64,000 nt of DNA from Chloroflexota bacterium (GTDB lineage: Bacteria > Chloroflexota > Dehalococcoidia > Lucifugimonadales > JADFKI01). The position numbers and the translations under genes were made by a program. This document shows, one piece after another, positions 9,937 through 17,924 of this stretch; position 1 is the stretch's first letter, and each line of letters starts with the position of its first letter. Where the stretch lies: NCBI GenBank assembly GCA_027623195.1, contig JAQBUT010000005.1, forward strand, positions 64,001-128,000, given 5' to 3'. The notes beneath the pieces were generated by a model that was not told where the DNA came from, did no database searches, and worked only from the letters and a program-made list of their open reading frames with translations.

Positions 9937-10917
9937 TTAATACCACTTCGACTTGTCTACTACGTTGGCCATGGGTTCGTCATTTAGGAATCGCCTGGCG
10001 TTGTCGATTAATATCTCGTAGCGTCGCTCAGGGATGTTGCCGGCGTCGCGCACAGCCACGTGAGGCGTCAGCAGTACATTGGGCAGCCCCCAAAGTTTGT
10101 GCTCGGATGGCAGCGGCTCCTCTTCGAAAACGTCGAGCCCACATCCTGCGATCTGACCAGACTCGATTGCATCCGCTAGATCGTTGACCTTGCACACTTT
10201 GCCTCGCCCCACGTTAATGAAGTAGGAGGAGTTCTTCATGAGCTGGAAGCGCTTTGCATCGAACATACCCTCAGTCTCTGGCGTATGAGGCACCGTGGTT
10301 ATCACGAAGTCGGCCCGTCCTATCACGCTGTCAAGTTCGTCAGGCGTGTGGAATTCGACGTACGGCAGTTCGAACTCCCGGCGCGGCTCGATACCTATAA
10401 CCTCCATACCTAGCTCGTGGCAGATCCTGGCCGTCTCGTGACCTATGCCGCCCACGCCATTAATGAGCGCCGTTGACTCCGACAGGTTAAGGTATGGGGA
10501 CTTGCGGGCGTCCTTATCCCACTTGCGCTGGCGCTGAGCGTCTACGTACCAGGGAAGGCCTCGTGACAGCGCAAACACGAACATCATGATGTGATGGGAA
10601 ATATGGTCGAAATAAATGCCTCGAGGATTGGTTATCGTTAACGGGTGCTCGACCAACTCAGGGTAGTAGTAGCCGAAGAAAGGCCCCGCGTCGGGGTTGT
10701 GCAGCCATTTCAGCTTGCCGGCGACCTCAAGGGCGGCGGGCGGCACCCATCCGAAGGCGCCGTCTGCGTCGCGGATTGCCTCGATGGCTTCCTGGTCGGT
10801 TTCAGGTGAGGCAACGTCGAGTTCGGACAGCGTGTCGCTCAGCCTGGCCGCAAATGAGCGTTTTAATTCATCCTGGGGCGGCATGAAAACAAACTTGGGA
10901 ATAGGATCACCTCTCAA
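9937..10917 (-). CDS. D-2-hydroxyacid dehydrogenase family protein
   Basis: GVGGIG, PHTPET, INVGRG, LDVFEEEPLP, LTPHVA. Confidence 0.92.
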   Translation of the reverse strand: MRGDPIPKFVFMPPQDELKRSFAARLSDTLSELDVASPETDQEAIEAIRDADGAFGWVPPAALEVAGKLKWLHNPDAGPFFGYYYPELVEHPLTITNPRGIYFDHISHHIMMFVFALSRGLPWYVDAQRQRKWDKDARKSPYLNLSESTALINGVGGIGHETARICHELGMEVIGIEPRREFELPYVEFHTPDELDSVIGRADFVITTVPHTPETEGMFDAKRFQLMKNSSYFINVGRGKVCKVNDLADAIESGQIAGCGLDVFEEEPLPSEHKLWGLPNVLLTPHVAVRDAGNIPERRYEILIDNARRFLNDEPMANVVDKSKWY

Positions 10918-11492
10918 TGTAAGACGAATGTATCGTCTGGTTCTCGTAACTTAAGCAGATCGGCATCGCTTTAGGAATCTGCCTTATCGGCCCGCATTAT
11001 ATCGGCATACCGTGCCGCTTTCCATTCCCACCAACTTTCGCTCTTTGGCATTAGCTACTAAAGGCAGCAGTACGCCTTCAGGGGCAGCACGAGGTTGGCA
11101 CATGGGATGGATAGCTAAGGCTTTAAGTAGATGGGGTTCTGAATGCATATTCCCTTCCAGCCGCGACGCCAGTGCCGTCGAATATGTGTCCTTTCAACAA
11201 AAGGTAAGGCTGGCTTTCTGCAATGGCAACCTCCCCATGCCAAGGGGCGGTAGGACAGGCAAGAAAATGGGCACCAGCCTTAACGCTTTGCAAGTCCGGT
11301 GACAGCATGCACCGATCCACCACTCGGTAACGCCACGGTCAATACGAGATGGGCGTTAGCTCGAATTTGACAGCCTTCTGAGGCGTAAATATAATTCCCC
11401 CAACACAAAGTGCTCCCTCCTGCTGTGATATAGGCCGTTCGGCAGGAGGTGTTTTGAAGGAGCTTTTACCAGAATCGAAGAGGTATATCTGG

Positions 11493-12494
11493 ATGGCTAT
11501 ATTCGGCAGTGGCGATCATATGTACGAGGTGGTGGAGGGTTTCTTCAAGCGCCCACGGGGGTGGCCTTTCGTGGAATGTGCCGATGTAGCCGTGGACAAG
11601 GATGATAACGTCTACGTCTTCAATCGTGGTCCCTATGCCGCCGTCATGATTTTCGACAAGGATGGGAACTACCTCGATGGCTGGGGAAGGATCGGTGGAA
11701 GGCCGGAAACTGGCTTCGACTTCCAGGTCCCCCACGGCATAAGCGTGGGGCCTGACGGCTCCGTGTACACCAGCGACACGGGAGACCATACAGTGCGACG
11801 GTGGAGCAAGGAGGGGAAACTCCTTCTCACGATTGGGACGCCCATGAGCAGCGCGCCTGCGCAGAGTGGAACGCCATTCAACCGGCCCACCCACCTGACG
11901 GTCGCCTCCAACGGGGACTTTTACGCCTCCGACGGCTATGGTAACTCACACATTCACTGCTTCGACCCCTATGGCAAGCTCCGGTTCTCCTGGGGTGGCC
12001 ACGGCAGCGGGCCCGGACAGTTCGATACCGTACATAGCGTCTTTATCGACGTGGAAGACGGCGACAAAGTGTACGCAACCGACCGCTACAACAATCGCGT
12101 GCAGTTTTTCACACCGAAGGGCGAATTCCTCGGCGAGTGGACTGGGCTTAACCTGGCGAACGCGGTCCGTAAGGGGCCCGATGGGAATTTCTACGTTGCT
12201 GAATTGGACCACCGCGTCAGCATCCTGAGCCCAGAGGGCCAGTTGTTAGCCCGCTGGGGCGAGACAGGTGCCGAGCTAGACGACAGCGAAACCGGCGGCG
12301 GGCTGCCCACCTCTCCCAGCCGCAATCCTATGATTAAAGGGAAGGTGATGCACGAGCCGGGGCCCGGACTCTTCGGTGCGCCCCACGGGATAGCGGTGGA
12401 TTCGCAAGGGAGCTTCTACATCGCCGAGGTCAGCGAGACCTTCCTGGGCTTCGACCGGGGGGACCGGAGTGTGCAGAAGTTCGTCCGCGTCTGA
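11493..12494 (+). CDS. NHL-repeat protein (peptidyl-alpha-hydroxyglycine lyase-like beta-propeller)
   Basis: VYVFNRG, PHGI, FNRPT, SDGYGN, DRYNNRVQ repeats; start placed at ATG 11493. Confidence 0.88.
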   Translation: MAIFGSGDHMYEVVEGFFKRPRGWPFVECADVAVDKDDNVYVFNRGPYAAVMIFDKDGNYLDGWGRIGGRPETGFDFQVPHGISVGPDGSVYTSDTGDHTVRRWSKEGKLLLTIGTPMSSAPAQSGTPFNRPTHLTVASNGDFYASDGYGNSHIHCFDPYGKLRFSWGGHGSGPGQFDTVHSVFIDVEDGDKVYATDRYNNRVQFFTPKGEFLGEWTGLNLANAVRKGPDGNFYVAELDHRVSILSPEGQLLARWGETGAELDDSETGGGLPTSPSRNPMIKGKVMHEPGPGLFGAPHGIAVDSQGSFYIAEVSETFLGFDRGDRSVQKFVRV

Positions 12495-12651
12495 GAGAGG
12501 ATACGCTACTTCTTCGGTCAAGGCCCTCTCAGCCTCTCTTTGCCGGGCGCGTCGGGCAGGCATGGCTGGCCTCCGAGGGGGTTAGTGGCACCATTAGCGT
12601 GAACCGCTCCCGCAGGTTAACGTCGCGTTGCTCTTCAAAGTTCATATTGCA

Positions 12652-13887
12652 TCACCTTTCTATCTCGATGTCGAACTCCCCGGCCTCGATGACAGCCGCA
12701 TCTTCCAGCCCGATGTCAAACCGTCGCCGCCAGCGCATCAGGGCGGCCAGGAACTCCAGCCATCTCCTCTCTAGCTCGGAGGCTTCTCCGGCCCGCAGCG
12801 TTTCCTCCACCCATGCCAGGTCTTCGACAGTAGTCTGCCCGATGGGCAGGAAACTCAGGCGCGATAGTTCCGACGTCCACAGCCGCACTGTCCCGTCACC
12901 GCCTCCGCTGGCCAGCACTCGCCCATCAGGGCTGACCGCCAGACAATTGACCCAACGCCCGTGTCCTTCCAGCGTCCTCAGGTGCTCCCCATCAGGCAGG
13001 CTCCATAGCCGCACCGTCTTGTCATCGCTTCCGCTGGCCAGCACTCGCCCATCAGGGCTGACCGCCAGACAGGTGACCGAATTCTCGTGTCCTTCCAGAA
13101 CAGCTTTGAGGCCCGCTAGCTTACCCAGAAGAGGCCTGTCCACCTCCAGTCCCTCCGCCAGACTAGCCAACTCCCCATAGCCCTCTAGCTCATCATCGCC
13201 TGCAGCCCATCCTACACTGCCAAGCCTTCCAAGCAGCCGTGCACTCCACATCGGCGGCGCTTCCTGCGCAAGTCGCCACATCTCACTCCACCGCCTGCTA
13301 CCCTACAGCACAGCCACCACCGCCTCCCACTCCATCTCGCCCATCTCACCCAGCCGACGGCTCTTCCTCCCACCTACGGCGGCGCCTATCCACTCCACCC
13401 GCCCATGCTGCCTGGCCTTGTCTGCGACGCGTCTGCGCAGGCTCTCATCTGCTGCCATGTACACGGCTTCGAGGAGCGAGTGGTCGAAGTCGAGGGAGTC
13501 GTAGCTGTCCCACTGCTCGCTCAGGAACAGGAACAGCGCACGCTGATGCTCATCTCTGGGTGCGTAGTGAGCGGCGACAGCGGTTTCGAGGGCGCCTGCA
13601 TGGGCATACTCAATCACGAGGCGGCATAGCGACTCCTGCGCGCCAGTGTGGCCCTGCTCGGCGAGTTTTCGCAATGCCTCGAGCGACGCGGCTCCTTCTC
13701 GTCCATCATCGCTGTGCGATGCGGCCTCTTCCAAAACGGCCAACGCCTCAGGCGAGCCGTCTCTTGCCAGCGCCTGCGATGCTCTCAGCCCGCGCCAGCC
13801 CCCTATCAGCGGCATCCGGCTGTAAAGCCGTTGTCGCAGCTTTTCCACTCGCCTCGTGTCGCCTTGCGATACAGCGATTTGCTTCAT
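12652..13887 (-). pseudogene. Helical N-terminal domain plus WD40-repeat protein, in-frame TAG, only two WD40 repeats
   Basis: ORFs 13303-13887 and 12652-13281 share a frame (VAVL*GSRRWSEMWRL); two LEGH..V.CLAVSPDGRVLASG..D.TVRLW repeats. Confidence 0.75.
12904..13071. repeat. 42-bp exact direct repeat at 126-bp spacing (WD40 units)
   Basis: TCCGCTGGCCAGCACTCGCCCATCAGGGCTGACCGCCAGACA at 12904-12945 and 13030-13071. Confidence 0.9.
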
Positions 13888-13890
13888 TTA

Positions 13891-14648
13891 TCACCATCTC
13901 AGGGGGTCAATGCCGCTTATCATGACCTCACCTTCTGGGGTGATGATGGCTTCTGCAAGCGGCAGGTTCAGAGCACCCGCCCGTTCCACGGAGCCGGGAT
14001 TCCCGCCCACCGCAATCCAAACAGGCAAAGGGTCTTGGACGGGCCTAGGGTACACGCCCTGGTCATTCAGGGAGGCCCGAAACTTGCCACTCCAGCTAAT
14101 CCGCTCATTCTTGCGAATCTGTAGCAGCAGTTCAAATTTTTCCGCAAATAGCTCGTCATAGTCCCTCAGGTCGAACCCGAAAAGAGGGAAGGACTCTGTG
14201 AAGGAGCCGCGCCCAGCCATGATCTCCGCGCGACCTTCTGAAATAAGGTCAAGACTGGCGAAGTCCTGAAAGACACGCACGGGGTCGTCAGAACTAAGCA
14301 CTGTCACCGCGCTGCTAAGACGAATAGACTTGGTATTCCTAGCTGCGGCTGCCAGGATAACGGCGGGTGACGGGGACAGGAAGTCCGGACGGTGATGCTC
14401 TCCCAACGCAAAGACGTCGAGTCCCACCTGCTCCGCAATTTAACTGACTCGATCAGATTACGCATGCGATCCACCGGGCCAATTATCGTGCCTGTAACGG
14501 GATCTTGCGTTAGTTCGACAAAGGAGTACAGGCCTATTTCAAAGTGGCTCGTCGAAGGGGATGATTCTGCATCCTTAATCTCATCCACTTTGAGGGGCGA
14601 ATTATCTGTCAATCTGGTACTCTCCCTTGACTGAAACGATCGGTCCAA
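13891..14648 (-). pseudogene. LLM-class flavin-dependent oxidoreductase, frameshifted (~14436) and C-terminally truncated
   Basis: FEIGLYSF...RMRNLIE in one frame continues as [18 protein letters not shown] in another; LLM similarity stops at LPLAEAII. Confidence 0.8.
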
Positions 14649-15155
14649 CTCGCAGGCCTATTAGTCAGGTATATGCTGCGCAACGCTTGATACAAAACTT
14701 CGACATTAGTTTCGTCAGGGTGACGTGTGAATATGTCTTCCATCTTGCGAAGGATCAGACTGCCAGATAGTTCGCCAGGTCTCCCCTTGACATACCGCGG
14801 TCGGACTTGTCGTTCATATGCACGGGCACATCAAACCATTCTAAAGGCTTCAATGGGTCGCTGCCCATACAGCTGTGGTCTCAATATCCGAGCAGGAAAA
14901 TTGTGTTTCTAATGAAAACGTTTGTTGATGGCCCACTAAAAGTGTACCGGCGAGGCGGCATTCGCCTTTGGCATAAAACGGCATATTAGCTACTCCATAT
15001 TTAGTGGTGCGTCCACAGTAAATGTGAACCTCGGCGTCACAGCATATTCCTACTTGGGGCAGGGCGCAGGTGGTTTTGCGAGACACCCTGCACCAAGAGG
15101 CCAGGCGTGTCATTACGAGCTTCCACCATAGTTATTCCGTTGCTAAATCAGCAGA

Positions 15156-16049
15156 TTACCAAGGCATAGTTCTTCCCATTTCTTTTCTCAAGGTGTCTGC
15201 CACCGCTGAATCGGGAACATGAAGAATCCTCGCACCGACCTCAAACAAAGCGTGACGCGCACGCTCCTCGATTGTCATGCTAGGATCTTGCCAACTGCAG
15301 AGGAAAGTAAGCCCAGCTTTGTCGCATGCACTTTTCACTATATGCCGTGCGTTGTCCATTTCCGGAAGGTAAGGAGGGTCGTGTTGTTCAGGGTCGCCAA
15401 ACGACATGCCCATGTCCCCCGGACCCCATTCAGCGAAGGAGAGACCTGGGACCGCCGCGATATTATCGGCGTCAGGTAGGCAGAATCTATCCTCTATCTT
15501 AAGTCCCAGCATTAACTCCCCGTCTGGATTCAACGGCCAGGGATCGGCTTTCCGCATATAATCGACCGGGTCCAGCCCCCAAATAGCGGCCGGTTCTTTT
15601 TGGCCTCCTCCGCCTCGGAGACCCTCAGGAATGCCCTTGTCTCGGCCGATCGTCTGGAAAACGTATCGAGACGCAGCCACGAACGTAGCAACTGCGTCAG
15701 CCCTTCGCGTATGAGTGTGAAGGATGCCGTGCACGCCGGTTGACAGGACGTGTCTGGCCTGCCAAGCGTTGTATATCATTTCTTCGGGCGTCATACAGTT
15801 TGAAGGCAGCGTGGTTATGACTGTTGGTGTGCGGTGTCCGCTCGGAGTGGGGCCCCCATCTCGTAGCCCCTTCATAAACTGCGACAGTCCAACCGTATCG
15901 AACGGACTATGCTCGAAATCAAATTGAATCATGTCGGCCCATGTCTGCGACATCTCTTTGCCGGATTCGTAGGTCAGTTCCGGGGCTGAGATTGAAAAGA
16001 TTGCCTGATCTTGCTCTATAAGGTCTATGCATTTGTTGATTCTAGCCAT
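15156..16049 (-). CDS. HpcH/HpaI aldolase / citrate lyase family protein
   Basis: DFEH, LGLKIED, AVPGLSFAEWGPGDMGMS motifs. Confidence 0.82.
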   Translation of the reverse strand: MARINKCIDLIEQDQAIFSISAPELTYESGKEMSQTWADMIQFDFEHSPFDTVGLSQFMKGLRDGGPTPSGHRTPTVITTLPSNCMTPEEMIYNAWQARHVLSTGVHGILHTHTRRADAVATFVAASRYVFQTIGRDKGIPEGLRGGGGQKEPAAIWGLDPVDYMRKADPWPLNPDGELMLGLKIEDRFCLPDADNIAAVPGLSFAEWGPGDMGMSFGDPEQHDPPYLPEMDNARHIVKSACDKAGLTFLCSWQDPSMTIEERARHALFEVGARILHVPDSAVADTLRKEMGRTMPW

Positions 16050-16364
16050 TGAGTTCCTTCCGATCCAAAACGAATTTAGGACGTATTTAATCAACAATTA
16101 ACGCTGTAATCAAGAACGCAATTCGGTTAAGACATAATGCGCCTTTGTGCCGACTAGAACAGATTCATGATGAAAAATAAGAGGTGGTGGCAATTATCTT
16201 CCCGGACTACCTAATCGATTAGACCAGACGACAAGACGGTCTCGCATGCAACACACTAAAGTTTGCTCAATTCGAAACGCCGAACCCAGAACGTTGATGT
16301 CGTCTGTGTATCTAATACGCCTACTCCTCTTCGCCTTCTACGTGCTTATAGCAGATTTTTACCG

Positions 16365-16613
16365 AGTGCCATACCTGCTGTAATACGCAATGAACTGCCT
16401 TATCACCATCTCGTCCAAGTTTTTAAAAGACGTCGACGTCTGTCCGTCTTCCAACCAAACTTAGAGCATCCCGAGGACTTCGTTTTACCACTTTACGGTT
16501 CTAGGGGACTTGCCTTCGGTCTTGTTGTGAACCTCAAAGTGTTTTATGAATATGGAGAGGTCAGAGTTACCCTTATCAATCGCTTCCCACCCTGCGTATC
16601 GGCCATCTCCCAT
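16365..16613 (-). pseudogene. Tyrosine integrase N-terminal (SAM-like) remnant
   Basis: Manual translation: MGDGRYAGWEAIDKGNSDLSIFIKHFEVHNKTEGKSPRTVKW*NEVLGML*VWLE...LDEMVIRQFIAYY. The EGKSPRTV motif is typical of integrase core-binding domains; it lies next to the tRNA. Confidence 0.65.
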
Positions 16614-16728
16614 GATAGATACTATCCTCCGTTCCGGTAATAGTCTGTCAGGCGAGCAACCGGGTCGGAAACAGAAAACTACGCATATGCCGGAGGTCGG
16701 ATTAGGATATTTGGACAGAAATCAAAAG

Positions 16729-16754
16729 AAAAAGACCGCCTCAATAGGCGGTCT
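16729..16754 (-). terminator. Intrinsic terminator after tRNA-Pro
   Basis: Stem AGACCGCCT/AGGCGGTCT with a 4-nt loop and a T-tract on the minus strand. Confidence 0.75.
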
Positions 16755-16787
16755 CTACGAGTTCATTAAGGGGTGCAATTCATTTTT

Positions 16788-16864
16788 TGGTCGGGGAGAC
16801 TGGATTTGAACCAGCGGCCCCCTGCACCCCATGCAGGTGCGCTACCATGCTGCGCCACTCCCCG
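16788..16864 (-). tRNA. tRNA-Pro(GGG)
   Basis: 77-nt cloverleaf CGGGGAG...CCTGC-ATGGGGT-GCAGG...GGTTCAAATCC...CTCCCCGACCA. Confidence 0.97.
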
Positions 16865-16996
16865 ACCTTGGACACCGCTAGGATAGCACAGGCATATCAG
16901 CCGTTCAAGATTTCCAGAGTGTGGAAGGTATGAGTATTTGGAACGTCAGGCCGTTACCTTTTCACGCTAAACCGTCTATCCCCACATGGGTGTAGC

Positions 16997-17848
16997 CTAG
17001 CCTTTGTCCTGTAGCCGTCTGCCGTGGAAGAGGTACTGATTGGCGTAGCCGGCGTAGGTCCCAAAGAACTCCTGAGCCCACGGACGCATGGCCTTGCGCG
17101 TCAGCTTCTGCTCGACGACCTCTGGGTACCACTCTTTCAAGGCCCGGTCAATCCAGACATCGACGGGAAAGGCTTGCGGCTTATCCAGCGAGAAGAGCAG
17201 GACGCAGTTGGCCACCTTATCCCCAATACCCGGTAACTCTATCAGGGCTTCCAGCGCCTCGTCGTAGGAGGCTTCCCGCAATGAATATAAGTCCACATCA
17301 CCGCGCGCAATACGTTGGGCGGCCCCGGCGACGTACTTGGCGCGAAATCCCAGGCCCAGGTCTCTAAGCTTCTGCTCACCCGCGTCAGCCAGAGCACTGG
17401 GAGAGGGGAAAATGCTTCGTACCTGCCCATTCATCTCAAGAGCCTGACCGAAGCTCCTGGCCATGTCCTCCACGTTGGTTGAGATACGCGGGATGTTGGA
17501 GTTGGCGGAACATATGAAGGAAACCATGCACTCCCACGGCTCCTGCCGAAGAATGCGAAGCCCCTTATACTTGTCAACGGCTGCGCTGATCTGCTCGCCT
17601 TTGCCTATGGAATCACCAATGGCGTCGAGGTCGTCGTCCAGCCGCAGGTAATCACGGAACAGTGGCGCGATGACCGCCTCATCATCTGGGGCGCAGAGGA
17701 ACTCAACGCCCTGGGCCAGTTGTCTGGTTCGAATGATGTTATTGAACAGTACACCGTTGAACCAGCCATCCTCAAGACGCCATCGAAAAGCCTGCCCGCC
17801 AAGGAGCATGCTTTCTAGGTCCAGTATTCCATCAAAGGGTATTAACAT
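16997..17848 (-). CDS. 8-oxoguanine DNA glycosylase (Ogg1-type)
   Basis: GQAFRW, GLRILRQEPWE, GLGFRAKY, HhH LPGIGDKVANC, FPVDVW, AGYANQYLF. Confidence 0.92.
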   Translation of the reverse strand: MLIPFDGILDLESMLLGGQAFRWRLEDGWFNGVLFNNIIRTRQLAQGVEFLCAPDDEAVIAPLFRDYLRLDDDLDAIGDSIGKGEQISAAVDKYKGLRILRQEPWECMVSFICSANSNIPRISTNVEDMARSFGQALEMNGQVRSIFPSPSALADAGEQKLRDLGLGFRAKYVAGAAQRIARGDVDLYSLREASYDEALEALIELPGIGDKVANCVLLFSLDKPQAFPVDVWIDRALKEWYPEVVEQKLTRKAMRPWAQEFFGTYAGYANQYLFHGRRLQDKG

Positions 17849-17924
17849 AATTTTTTAGACCGGGCCAAGCACTACTTAAATTATTAATGCCAATTTGCCC
17901 GAATTTCCTGCCTTCAATATGGTA

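Larger units (their letters stand above)
7661..16836. mobile_element. ~9.1-kb degenerate genomic island integrated in tRNA-Pro(GGG)
   Basis: Flanking 52-bp direct repeats, an integrase-like remnant next to the tRNA, and several pseudogenes inside. Confidence 0.8.

Noticed and set aside
11012..11323. Short ORFs in island intergenic DNA
   Set aside because: No recognisable domain or RBS; possibly gene debris.
13303..13305. Pyrrolysine read-through of the WD40 amber codon
   Set aside because: No pyl genes in the window and neighbouring genes are also decayed; nonsense mutation is simpler.
16263..16640. 125-aa plus-strand ORF
   Set aside because: No recognisable motif; it is antisense to the integrase remnant.
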